DNA from: Treponemataceae bacterium
Lineage (GTDB): Bacteria > Spirochaetota > Spirochaetia > Treponematales > Rectinemataceae
Direction: 5' to 3'
Length of the DNA stretch: 64,000 nucleotides
NCBI GenBank assembly: GCA_963667725.2
Contig: CAXXHO010000005.1
Span: 736,001-800,000 of the forward strand
Shown here in pieces: positions 1 to 9,063 of this stretch. Below the pieces are notes generated by a model. That model searched no databases, was not told the origin of the DNA, and saw only the letters and a list, made by a program, of their open reading frames with translations. Each line of letters opens with the position of its first letter. Within the stretch, counting starts at the first letter, position 1. The position numbers and the translations under genes are program-made.

Positions 1-1596
1 CCTAGAGGTAAAGCATTCAAGTGGCTTAAGACAGTTAGATTCTTTAATCCCTTTAATATTCGTCTCTTTAAATGTAGCACCTGTTGCGATAACAACGAGA
101 TTCGGCTTATACACAGTATAGTCGGATTCACTAAAAACATGACCGGTCATGACGTTTACTCCAAGTTTAGTTAACTTGTTTACTAAATATCTTATATACA
201 TATGATAATCATACTTAAATTTTGGCAGATATCGCTCTTGAAAATTTCCTCCTAAAGTATCGCTTTGTTCAATTAGAAGTACACTGTGTCCTCGAGTTGC
301 GGCGACAATGGCTGAAACCATACCTGCAACTCCGCCTCCAACGATGATTACTCTTTTAGTAACATTCGCTCTAGTAACCGATAGATATTTTTCGTTTCCG
401 GCAGCAGGATTCACTGCACAACTAATACTCTTAAAATCAACTATCCGACGTAAACACCCTTCGTGACAACCAATACATGGCATTATCTCGTCTATTCGAT
501 TCTCTTTTACTTTATTAGCCCATTCAGGATCAACAATGAGTGGACGTCCAATTGCAACAAAGTCAGCTTGGTTTCTTGTTAAAATATCCTCCGCTACTTC
601 AGGGTAATTTATCTTACCACTTATAATTACTGGAATACTTACTACAGATTTCACTCTGGCAACTAAAGAAGCTAAAAATCCTGAAGGCATAGTTGTTGGC
701 GGATGAGCTAAATACCATGTTTCGTAGCACCCCGCATCTATATCTAATGCTGCAACCCCATAATTCTCCAATAATATTGCCATTTCCAAACCTTCTTCGA
801 TGCTTCTTCCCCCATCAACGAAATGACTTAGGCCGTATCGATAAATAATAGGAAACTCTTCACCTGCACCTCTTTTTATTGATTCAATGATTTCTTTTAT
901 AAAACGCAGCCTATTTTCAAGAGTGCCACCATATTCATCTGTCCTAAAATTCCACAGAGATGTAGTGAACTGGTCCATTAGGTACCCTTCATGCCCATGT
1001 AGCTCTATTGCATCAGCACCCGCAGTCTTTATGATTGATGCGGATTCTTGAAAAGCTTTTAAAAAGACATTCATGTCATTTTTTGTAAGCTCTCTACAAA
1101 ATTTATATGGGGGGATGCGGCATTTTATCTTAGAAGGAGCTATTGCCAGTCCATGCTCTTGTACGAAAGGACCTGCTTGCCTTCCTCCACCCAAAGTTAA
1201 CTGAATCGCTAATTTTGCTCCATGATCATGGCAACGTTCGGCAAGCTCATTTATCCACCCGGTGTGTATCTTATGGTCAGCGAAAGCCATCCACAATGGA
1301 ATCGTGTCCTTCGATCTTTCGAATTCTCTTGTAACCCTGACCGCCCCAGTTATTATCAAACCTGTTCCGCCTCTGGCTCTCTCTGTGAAATATTCTATTC
1401 CTCGTTCTGAAAGACACCCATCTGAGTTATTTAGCGCGCCAACATTCATCGGAGCCATCACGACACGGTTCCTCAGTGTCAGATTTCCCATCTTTCCTTG
1501 CTGCAAAAGAAGATGCGTCTCCACGTCATTGTGAGATGAGTTTTTAACATCTGCTTTTGAGTGCTCTAAAGCATCTATATTAAAACTAATACCCAC
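1..1596 (-). CDS. NADH:flavin oxidoreductase, Old Yellow Enzyme / 2,4-dienoyl-CoA reductase-like (3' end beyond window edge)
   Basis: Absent from ORF track. Manual translation from GTG at 1596 (AGGAGG upstream) gives LRNRVVMAPM...RARGGTGLIITG, ELHGHEGYLMDQF, CIGCHEGC and IIVGGGVAG, i.e. OYE barrel, Fe-S motif and FAD/NAD domain. Confidence 0.88.
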   Translation of the reverse strand, partial: MGISFNIDALEHSKADVKNSSHNDVETHLLLQQGKMGNLTLRNRVVMAPMNVGALNNSDGCLSERGIEYFTERARGGTGLIITGAVRVTREFERSKDTIPLWMAFADHKIHTGWINELAERCHDHGAKLAIQLTLGGGRQAGPFVQEHGLAIAPSKIKCRIPPYKFCRELTKNDMNVFLKAFQESASIIKTAGADAIELHGHEGYLMDQFTTSLWNFRTDEYGGTLENRLRFIKEIIESIKRGAGEEFPIIYRYGLSHFVDGGRSIEEGLEMAILLENYGVAALDIDAGCYETWYLAHPPTTMPSGFLASLVARVKSVVSIPVIISGKINYPEVAEDILTRNQADFVAIGRPLIVDPEWANKVKENRIDEIMPCIGCHEGCLRRIVDFKSISCAVNPAAGNEKYLSVTRANVTKRVIIVGGGVAGMVSAIVAATRGHSVLLIEQSDTLGGNFQERYLPKFKYDYHMYIRYLVNKLTKLGVNVMTGHVFSESDYTVYKPNLVVIATGATFKETNIKGIKESNCLKPLECFTSR

Positions 1597-1701
1597 GACA
1601 GCCTCCTAGAAATTTGCTCATCACCGTTGTATAAATAGTGATGATGAATGTAAATTGCCTTTTCTATCTGCGTCTTCTGAGACTTATCCGATTTAGTGGA
1701 G

Positions 1702-2275
1702 AGTCAACAACCACCACCAGAGGTGGTGGCTTGAAGATTAATGGCCTCTAAAAGAGGCCATAGTTTTTTGCGCTGTCTTCTTCCAATCTTTCGTTATCTT
1801 CTTGGTATTTCACATACCGTTAGATTTTTTCCTCATCCATCCCTATCGTTGTAACACAGTATCCCCTACTCCAGAAATGATTGCCCCAGTAAGGCTTTTT
1901 CTTCAATCCTGAGCGCCCCTTGAACAACGCTATTGCGGTTTACCTTTCAGTATTTCCATCACTTCAGGTATCGATTCTCTCGGCAGTATTGTTGCCACCA
2001 TATGCACATGATCTTTCATCACGTTTAGTTCTAATACTTCAATATCTTTCCATTCACATATCGTTCGTATTTTATCTTCCACTGCTTTTGCGACATCACC
2101 TTCCAAAATCCTATACCTATATTTGGGTGTCCATACAACGTGGTAGCTGCATTGGTAGACGACATGCGCTAGCTTTTTCCATTTCGCCATGATGTATTTT
2201 AGCCTCATGCTATCTGAAGGCATAGCCAGTCAGCACATTACCACCGCCATAGACAGTGGGTTTCGGAGGCAAACT
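1702..2275 (-). mobile_element. IS200/IS605-family element (tnpA only, inactive)
   Basis: Y1 transposase remnant between subterminal hairpins CCACCACC-AGA-GGTGGTGG (1711-1729) and degenerate CCACCGCC-ATA-GACAGTGG (2241-2259). Ends approximate. Confidence 0.8.
1748..2190 (-). pseudogene. tnpA: IS200-family transposase pseudogene
   Basis: YHVVWTPKYR and HUH motif DHVHM; 1-bp frameshift near 1940; continues KKPYWGNHFWSRGYCVTTIG; in-frame TAA at 1820-1822 before the catalytic Y (RYVKYQ). Confidence 0.9.
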
Positions 2276-2377
2276 AAATTAAGCCTATACGAAAATAAAA
2301 AGTAGGAGAGGATATGGAAACAAAAAAAAGACCTACACAGAAGAGTTCAAGCGTAATTTTGACCACTTATTCACCCG

Positions 2378-3112
2378 CTAGATACTGAATAGCTTCTGGG
2401 CCTCAATGTAACTGCTTAAGGAACCAATATCATAACGTTTGCCTTCGAATTGATAAGCGTGGACTTGCATTTCTTTTACAATCCAAGCGACAAATTGACC
2501 GGGAGCATCGGCATTTTGACCTGTGCTTAGGAATTCTTGTACCCTCTTTATTGTCGCTTTAGTATAGATGTAGAAAGGAGGTACCGCGTTGTTCGATCGA
2601 GGCTTTAAAGGTTTTTCTTCGAATGAAAGAACCTTGTCTTTCGGGCTAAGTTCAGCCACCCCCGTCTTTTGGAGCGCTTCGAGGCTTTCTTCATAATAAG
2701 TCGTGATACAGTCAGCTTGGACGTCATTGAAGAAGGATGTAAAATCTTTCAAGCTGAAGTCGAAAAGATTATCTCCCGCCAGTACCATTACATCATCGTC
2801 GATCTTAGCTCGCTCTATAGCGAGCGATAAATCGGCAATAGCGCCAAGGCGATGTTCATTGTCCCATGTTCCATCATCAAGGACTGATATAGGCTTTTTG
2901 CCTTTGTACCCAGAAAGAAAAGCGTTGAACTGTCCAGCGAATTTTGCGTTTGAGACCAGTAATACCTCATCGACTTCAAGTACTTCTTCTACCTTTACGA
3001 GGATGTGCTCCAAAATTGTCTTACCTGCTACAACAAGAAGACTCTTGGGCAAATCCTTCGTAAGAGGATACAAACGAGTCGCATAACCCGCGGCGAGAAT
3101 CACGCATTTCAT
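2378..3112 (-). CDS. Sugar-1-phosphate nucleotidyltransferase family protein
   Basis: ILAAGYATRLYPLT..PKSLL signature, LAGDN, YDIGS. Confidence 0.9.
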   Translation of the reverse strand: MKCVILAAGYATRLYPLTKDLPKSLLVVAGKTILEHILVKVEEVLEVDEVLLVSNAKFAGQFNAFLSGYKGKKPISVLDDGTWDNEHRLGAIADLSLAIERAKIDDDVMVLAGDNLFDFSLKDFTSFFNDVQADCITTYYEESLEALQKTGVAELSPKDKVLSFEEKPLKPRSNNAVPPFYIYTKATIKRVQEFLSTGQNADAPGQFVAWIVKEMQVHAYQFEGKRYDIGSLSSYIEAQKLFSI

Positions 3113-3116
3113 CGCT

Positions 3117-4316
3117 TCAATCCTTTACACCGCATTTTGTTATATAGGATGCCCCATCTGCGGTCTTGCAGAAATATACTTTGTACTCTTCAGCATATTG
3201 TGGATGCTTTGCGGGATATACCTTGGCGATACGCCCCTCAACCTCTTCGTGGCAGGAAGGATCGATCATTCCAATACAACAACCCCTGTACCCCGCCCCG
3301 CTGAAACGGGCTCCATAGACACCAGGGATGCTTTTCAAGGTATCGAAGATTGTGATGAGCTCGGGAGATCCGCACTGATAGTCGTGCACCGAACTCTCGC
3401 CCGATTCCACCATCAGCTTTCCAAAGGTCTTGATATCCCCCTGTTTCCAGGCTTCGGTGCCATCGATCACCCGTTGATTCTCGGTAAAATAATGCTTCGC
3501 TCTTCGTCCAAATCTTCCTGGGAGTGAATTCCTATGCGCCGCCCACTCATCGCGCGTCACGCTGTGCAACATGATATCTTTGTAAGGTGTCGTTGCTCCT
3601 CGGGATAGCTCCTGCAATAACGACGCCGCTATCTTGCACTCGTCCACCCGGTTGTTGTAGTCGGTGCCGATGAGCGCTTTCGTAAAGCCGGAGTTTACGA
3701 TGACAACCTCGAACTCAGGCATGGAGGGACTCTTGGGAATAAGTTCCCACTCGCTTGTGGCGCAGTCCATTCTCATCAAATAACCATCTTTGCTAAGAAT
3801 ATTGGCCGATTGGTCCAGGATACCATTCTTTAGCCCTATAAAGGCTGTCTCCACCCAGTGGCTGTATTGAATAAGCTTTTCTTTGGGAATCTCAATGCCG
3901 TTGACATCGGCTAACGCCATTAAATAAGCAGTCGTTACCGCCGCCGAGGAACTCAATCCCCCCATGGGAAGACGGCCGCGTATCACCGCCTTCAAGCCCT
4001 TCCTGAACTTAAAATCCCGCGAAAGCGAAAGCACCGAACCCCTGATGTAATTGCCCCAGAACCCTGGGAGCATCTCCGGTACCTGATCGATATGAAAGTA
4101 TTCCTCGTCCGGGAAATCCATGCTCTGGATTTTCACGAAACCCGCATCGTCGGGCGCGTAGAGCAAATCCACGTTCACGTCCAAAGCCATGCCTGTGACC
4201 AGTCCGCCCTGGTGATCTATATGCGCCCCAAGGGGACAAATCCTCAAAGGAGAACGAATCTGGCCGCAGTGGGGAAAGCCGAAGATGTCTATGAACTGGC
4301 GCGCGATCGTATCCAT
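3117..4316 (-). CDS. GHMP sugar kinase, galacturonokinase-like
   Basis: RICPLGAHIDHQGG (galactokinases have GRVNLIGEHTDY), PMGGLSSSAA ATP loop, GILDQ, GARFSGAGYRGCC. Confidence 0.85.
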   Translation of the reverse strand: MDTIARQFIDIFGFPHCGQIRSPLRICPLGAHIDHQGGLVTGMALDVNVDLLYAPDDAGFVKIQSMDFPDEEYFHIDQVPEMLPGFWGNYIRGSVLSLSRDFKFRKGLKAVIRGRLPMGGLSSSAAVTTAYLMALADVNGIEIPKEKLIQYSHWVETAFIGLKNGILDQSANILSKDGYLMRMDCATSEWELIPKSPSMPEFEVVIVNSGFTKALIGTDYNNRVDECKIAASLLQELSRGATTPYKDIMLHSVTRDEWAAHRNSLPGRFGRRAKHYFTENQRVIDGTEAWKQGDIKTFGKLMVESGESSVHDYQCGSPELITIFDTLKSIPGVYGARFSGAGYRGCCIGMIDPSCHEEVEGRIAKVYPAKHPQYAEEYKVYFCKTADGASYITKCGVKD

Positions 4317-4320
4317 ATGA

Positions 4321-4335
4321 TCCTGTTATCCTGTC
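4321..4335. repeat. Orphan right arm of the CAGGA hairpin repeat (R0)
   Basis: Exact TCCTGTTATCCTGTC; overlaps the epimerase TGA and lies 4 nt upstream of the kinase ATG. Confidence 0.75.
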
Positions 4336-5389
4336 AAAATTGCTTATAATGCGAAGCAAACCACTCAACGAAGCGCTTTAAACCTTCGGCAATGCTTGTG
4401 TGGGGTATCCATTGCACCGTGCTTTCAAGATCGTCGATCTCGGCTTCCGTGGCGTACACATCGCCCGGCTGCATCGGAAGGTACTTCTTTATGGCCACCT
4501 TCCCGATCGCCTTTTCCAGCTCCTCGATGAAGACCGAAAGCCGTTCCGAATGATTGTTGCCTATATTGAAGACCCTGTAAGGCGCCCTCGACCGGGAAGG
4601 ATCGGGATTCGCGGGATCCCAGGCCTTATCCCCTTGGGGGATTTTATCGGCTATGCGGAGAATACCCTCGACGATGTCGTCGACATAGGTAAAATCCCTC
4701 CACATATCCCCATTGTTGTAGATATCGATCGAGCGACCCTCGACGATAGCCTTCGCGAATTTGAAATAAGCCATATCGGGGCGGCCCCAGGGACCATAGA
4801 CCGTAAAAAACCGCAGACCCGTCGTCGGCAATCCATAGAGATGACTGTAGCTATGAGCCATGAGCTCGTTCGACTTCTTGGTAGCGGCATAGAGGCTTAC
4901 CGGATGATCAGTATGATCTTTCGTGCTGAAAGGCCTCGTGTCGTTGAGGCCATAGACCGAGGAACTCGACGCGTACACAAGATGGGAAACCTTCGCGTGC
5001 CTGCAAGCCTCGAGCATGTTCAGGAACCCTACGATATTCGAATCGATATACTCGCGGGGATGATCGATGCTGTACCGAACCCCAGCCTGAGCGGCGAGAT
5101 GAATGACCCTGTCGAAGGCAAATTCCTTGAAGAGCGACTCGATCGCGGCCTGGTCCTCAAGCTTCATCCGGATGAAACGCATATTTGGGTACGCGGCGCT
5201 GTGTACGGCCTTTCCCCAGACTTCCGCTTCCCTATTGATCCCCAACTCCGCGAGACGGGCGAACTTGAGCTCCGGATCATAGTAACTGTTGATGGCGTCG
5301 ATCCCGACGACGGAATCACCGCGCTCTAAAAGCCTCTTCGTCGTATGAAAACCTATAAATCCGGCCGCGCCGGTCAACAATATTCGCAT
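4334..5389 (-). CDS. uge: UDP-glucuronate 4-epimerase (extended SDR)
   Basis: TGAAGFIG, HLAAQAGVRYS, YASSSSVYG, YAATK, RFFTVYGPWGRPDMA. Confidence 0.92.
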   Translation of the reverse strand: MRILLTGAAGFIGFHTTKRLLERGDSVVGIDAINSYYDPELKFARLAELGINREAEVWGKAVHSAAYPNMRFIRMKLEDQAAIESLFKEFAFDRVIHLAAQAGVRYSIDHPREYIDSNIVGFLNMLEACRHAKVSHLVYASSSSVYGLNDTRPFSTKDHTDHPVSLYAATKKSNELMAHSYSHLYGLPTTGLRFFTVYGPWGRPDMAYFKFAKAIVEGRSIDIYNNGDMWRDFTYVDDIVEGILRIADKIPQGDKAWDPANPDPSRSRAPYRVFNIGNNHSERLSVFIEELEKAIGKVAIKKYLPMQPGDVYATEAEIDDLESTVQWIPHTSIAEGLKRFVEWFASHYKQF

Positions 5390-5392
5390 TCG

Positions 5393-6736
5393 CTATCTCC
5401 CGACGCCGATGTAGGCAAATCCCAGAGCCTCAGCCTGAGCGCGGTCGTAAATATTCCTGAAATCGAAAAGCACGGGCGTCTTCAGAAGGCGCTTTACCTT
5501 GGCAAGGTCCAGGTTCCGGAATTGGTTCCACTCCGTAAGGATGACGAGAGCGTCGGCATCCTTCATTGTGTCGTATTCTCCCGCGCAGTAGGTGACATGA
5601 TCATCGATAGCCTGAAGCCTCCAGGAAGCCTCTTTCATCGCCTCCGGATCGTAGGCTTTGATCCTGGCTCCCTTGGACACCAGGGCGGCAAGGATCGCGA
5701 GGGCTGGGGCTTCGCGCATGTCGTCCGTGTTGGGCTTGAAAGCAAGACCAAGGACAGCCAGCTTCTTCCCCTTCAATGACCCGAGCGCCGCTTCGATCTT
5801 GTCCACCATGCGCAGCTTTTGGGCTTCGTTCGCCAGGATCGTCGCTTCCACTACCTTCAGGGGGCTATCGTTCTTTCGCGCGATATCGGCGAGCGCCTTC
5901 GTGTCCTTAGGGAAACAGGAACCTCCGTAACCGGGACCAGGATGGAGGAATTTGGCCCCGATGCGGCCATCCTTCCCCATCGCCGTGGCGACGGCTTTGA
6001 CGTCGGCGCCCACCTTCTCGCAGAGATTCGCTATCTCGTTGATGAAGGTTATCTTGACCGCCAAAAAGGCGTTGGACGCGTACTTGATCATCTCGGCCGA
6101 CTCGAGATTGGTCTCGATGAAGGGCGTCTCGTTGAGATACAGCACCCGGTAGATCGCGCGCATCGCCTCGCGGGCCTTGTCCGACTCTATGCCGAGCACG
6201 ACCCTATCCGGATGCATGAAATCGTAGACCGCCGACCCTTCGCGAAGGAATTCGGGGTTGGACACGACATCGAAGTCATGCGAGAGCGCGCTAGAGGGGC
6301 TTTGGAGCGCCCGGGCGGCCAACTCTTCGGCGATCCACTTTTTGACAAGCCTTCCGGTACCGATGGGCACCGTGCTCTTGTCGACCACCACTCGATAGCT
6401 GTCTATCGTGCGGCCGATAGTCCGCGCGGCTTCCTCGACATAGCGAAGATCGGCAGAACCATCGTCCGAGGGGGGCGTTCCCACCGCTATGAATATAACT
6501 TCCGCCGCCTGGATAGCTTGGGACGCGTCGGTAGTGAAAGAAAGGCGTTCGGCGGCCACGTTCCGCGCCACCACATCGGAGAGCCCCGGCTCGAAGATGG
6601 GGATTTGTCCTGCCCGAAGGCTTTCGATTTTTTTCTCGTCGACGTCGACGCAGGTTACCGTGTTGCCGAAATCGGCCAGGCAGGCGCCCGACACGAGACC
6701 GACATAGCCGGTACCGATTACCGCGATTGATGCCAT
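5393..6736 (-). CDS. ugd: UDP-glucose 6-dehydrogenase
   Basis: GTGYVG, KSTVPIGT, SNPEFLREG, GYGGSCFPKD, GLAFKPNTDD. Confidence 0.95.
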   Translation of the reverse strand: MASIAVIGTGYVGLVSGACLADFGNTVTCVDVDEKKIESLRAGQIPIFEPGLSDVVARNVAAERLSFTTDASQAIQAAEVIFIAVGTPPSDDGSADLRYVEEAARTIGRTIDSYRVVVDKSTVPIGTGRLVKKWIAEELAARALQSPSSALSHDFDVVSNPEFLREGSAVYDFMHPDRVVLGIESDKAREAMRAIYRVLYLNETPFIETNLESAEMIKYASNAFLAVKITFINEIANLCEKVGADVKAVATAMGKDGRIGAKFLHPGPGYGGSCFPKDTKALADIARKNDSPLKVVEATILANEAQKLRMVDKIEAALGSLKGKKLAVLGLAFKPNTDDMREAPALAILAALVSKGARIKAYDPEAMKEASWRLQAIDDHVTYCAGEYDTMKDADALVILTEWNQFRNLDLAKVKRLLKTPVLFDFRNIYDRAQAEALGFAYIGVGR

Positions 6737-6747
6737 AACACTTCCTA

Positions 6748-6807
6748 GACAGGATAACAGGAGGTGCGGGATTTACGGGTAAATCTTGGGGGTCCTGTTA
6801 TCCTGTC
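6748..6807. repeat. CAGGA hairpin repeat R1 (short, 60 bp)
   Basis: GACAGGATAACAGGA...TCCTGTTATCCTGTC with central region missing. Confidence 0.9.
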
Positions 6808-6951
6808 CTATTGTATAAAGTTTTAAAATGGGTTCTGCCCCATCTTGGTGTAGCGTAGTGTATTTTTTTGAATCAAAGTCAGTGGCTTTATGCGTTCTCC
6901 AGATAAAGGAGCCTCACATCATAGGCATTTTTATTATTAGAATTCTAAAGC

Positions 6952-6980
6952 TTGACAATACTTTGGCGAGCCCTTACCCT
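6952..6980 (+). promoter_or_regulatory. Putative sigma70 promoter upstream of structured leader and NYN gene
   Basis: TTGACA-N17-TACCCT. Confidence 0.5.
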
Positions 6981-6996
6981 TCATTGTATAAGAGCC

Positions 6997-7053
6997 AGAG
7001 CCATAAGGGTTTATATAAACATCGCAAGGTGTCCCTTTTGGCTCTATTTTTTT
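6997..7053 (+). ncRNA. Putative branched RNA structure upstream of NYN nuclease gene
   Basis: Outer stem AGAGCCATAAGGG / CCCTTTTGGCTCT enclosing GTTTATATAAAC and ACATCGCAAGGTGT hairpins, followed by a T7 run. Confidence 0.4.
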
Positions 7054-7057
7054 CCCT

Positions 7058-7527
7058 GATGAAGTCCACCGATGAAATATATCGTTCTCAAAGCCTGTAT
7101 CGGGAACAGTATTGGATCTCTCCAAAACACCCACATTCCTGGCAAATAAGCAAAGGCTCGAAGCCTTGAAACGAACCGATTATTTTGCCGTACGCGAAGG
7201 CCGCCTGACGATGAATGGATGGAAACTCAAGCAATCGGCAATTGGAAAAGCGGCGGCAGATCTCACCGATAGCGATTTTTCACCCGATATTCAGCAAAAA
7301 GGCGTGGACATGAAAATCGGTCTCGATATCGCTTGGATCAGTTTCAACAAGATCGCGGAAAGGATTCTTGTCATTACCGAGATTCCGATTTCATCCCCGC
7401 GATTAAATTGGCGCGACGTAATGGAATTCAAGTGTATCTTTTCACGCTCGCCCATGGAGTCACCCACGAACTCACCGAACATTCGGATCGATTAGTCGTC
7501 TCAGCGATTGATTCCCATTCGATTTGA
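7058..7527 (+). pseudogene. NYN/LabA-DUF88 (PIN-like) nuclease pseudogene
   Basis: QQKGVDMKIGLDIA, then after a 1-bp deletion near 7379 (G)DSDFIPAIKLARRNGIQVYL. N-terminus missing; a further break follows DEIYR. Confidence 0.85.
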
Positions 7528-7723
7528 TTCCATAGCTTCGCCCTCCAGCCGTGTGGCTGGATCCTCCAAAAACAGAGGTTTTGGCGCCGTTGCGCATCGA
7601 TCGCGGCCGGAACACGCTGATCGTTCGCTCTACGGTTCAATGTTCAGTCTTTGAACATTCTATGAACAGTATCGGCATGACGCAAGGGCTGGCACAAAAA
7701 TATTTTATGTTTCAGGTGGGGAG

Positions 7724-7838
7724 GACGGGATAACGGGATGAGCAGGATTTACGGGAAAAGGATTTAGGTAAAGAGATGAAATTTCGATTCTTTACCTTAA
7801 ATCTTACATGTCGATCCTGGAGGTCCTGTTATCCTGTC
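7724..7838. repeat. CAGGA hairpin repeat R2 (115 bp)
   Basis: GACGGGATAACGGGA...GCAGGATTTACGGG...GTCCTGTTATCCTGTC. Confidence 0.9.
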
Positions 7839-7930
7839 TAAAAATTTAAAAAATAGAGGTCTGACCCATTTTTCGACTTCTTTGCGCGAAAAATATGTAC
7901 ATTACTGAACAATAGTGTATAGTAAAGCCG

Positions 7931-8551
7931 ATGAAATTCAATGAAATCGTGCGATTATTCGCGGACCGGGCCTGGTTTGACTTCGAGATGGTCCACCTTA
8001 TCTCGGGCGAAGCCTCGGCCTGCGTGCATACGGAACTGTACCGATGGCGGGAATCGGGCAAACTGATCGAACTGCGGCGAGGCCTATTCGCCCTGGCCGA
8101 ACCCTGGAGACATTCGCCCGTCGATGGAGCCTGCCTGGCCGAAGCCCTGTACCCGCCCTCCTACCTATCGGGAACCTGGGCCCTGCGGCGCTATGGACTG
8201 CTTCGCGGCCCGGAAGGCGGCCGCCCGGAGTTCGACTCCGTGACGGCGCGCCCCGCCAAGACCTTCGAAAACACCTTTGGCCGCTATACCTACACCACCT
8301 TCCCCCGCGACCTCCTCTTTGGCACCAAAACCGAGCTGATTGACGGGAAAAGAGTACGGATAACCCTCCCCGAGAAAGCCCTTCTGGACTACTGGTTCAT
8401 CGAAGGCGGGGACTGGGACGAAGAGCGGATAAAGAACGCGGGATTGAGTCGCGGGCCGCTGGATAGGGATAGGATGGAGGCGATGGCGGCGCGCGCGGGC
8501 CGGCCACGGCTCGCGCGCGCCACCGGAGCCTTCCTGAGGGCAGCCCTATGA
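7931..8551 (+). CDS. AbiEi-like type IV antitoxin / transcriptional regulator
   Basis: N-terminal wHTH (GKLIELRRGLF), PSYLSGTWALRRYGL, PEKALLD; ATGA overlap with next gene. Confidence 0.75.
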   Translation: MKFNEIVRLFADRAWFDFEMVHLISGEASACVHTELYRWRESGKLIELRRGLFALAEPWRHSPVDGACLAEALYPPSYLSGTWALRRYGLLRGPEGGRPEFDSVTARPAKTFENTFGRYTYTTFPRDLLFGTKTELIDGKRVRITLPEKALLDYWFIEGGDWDEERIKNAGLSRGPLDRDRMEAMAARAGRPRLARATGAFLRAAL

Positions 8552-9024
8552 TACGAGAAGAAATCCTCGAGATAGCCGATAAAGCCGAAACGCCTGAAGA
8601 AAAACTTTGCGCGATACGAGCATGCATCCAAGCCGCGGCGCTCCGCTCGCTGCACGAACTGGGAGCCTTCGAAAAACTCTGCCTGACCGGAGAAAGCGCC
8701 CGCCACTTCGCCACCGGAACGCCAGACTACATAACCGACCTCGAATTCAGCCTCGTGGACAAGAAAGGTTACAAACCCGAACAGTGGCTCTTCGCGGTCA
8801 AGCGCCGCCTGCGCTTCATGGGACTCGATCCCCGCATCGCCTTCGCGAGGAAAGCATCCATCCACGCAGGCTGGGTGAAAGTGACCGGCCTCCTCGCCGA
8901 AGAAGTCGGCTTCAGGATCACCATCAATATCGCCCCGATAGAACCCGCGCTGTGCACCGTGAAACTCGTGGACATGGCGGGAGAGTATTTTGGCATTCGG
9001 TATGTAACTTCCTGTCGGTCCTGA
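8548..9024 (+). CDS. Degenerate, truncated AbiEii-like nucleotidyltransferase
   Basis: Coupled to AbiEi-like gene. LTGESAR...ITDLEFS aligns with the AbiEii GGTAL...SEDLDFS motif but is degenerate. Only 158 aa; stop lies in repeat arm R3. Confidence 0.6.
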   Translation: MIREEILEIADKAETPEEKLCAIRACIQAAALRSLHELGAFEKLCLTGESARHFATGTPDYITDLEFSLVDKKGYKPEQWLFAVKRRLRFMGLDPRIAFARKASIHAGWVKVTGLLAEEVGFRITINIAPIEPALCTVKLVDMAGEYFGIRYVTSCRS

Positions 9025-9042
9025 GGGTCCTGTTATCCTGTC
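9009..9042. repeat. Right arm only of CAGGA repeat (R3)
   Basis: TTCCTGTCGGTCCTGAGGGTCCTGTTATCCTGTC. Confidence 0.88.
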
Positions 9043-9063
9043 TTTATAGTTATTCCCTTAAGC

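Larger units (their letters stand above)
1678..2356 (+). mobile_element. IS3-family left-end remnant interrupted by an IS200-type element
   Basis: TGAGACTTATCCGATTTAGTGGA at 1678 resembles an IS3-family IRL. After the IS200 copy, GGAGAGG + ATG (2314) gives METKKTYTEEFKR (OrfA-like) if one A of the A8 run is removed. Nothing further remains. Confidence 0.5.

Noticed and set aside
1748..2190. IS200 TnpA as mobiliser of the CAGGA repeats
   Set aside because: It is a pseudogene with its own unrelated end hairpins.
7528..7723. Short ORFs between NYN and R2
   Set aside because: No RBS or motif; may be a remnant but cannot be assigned.
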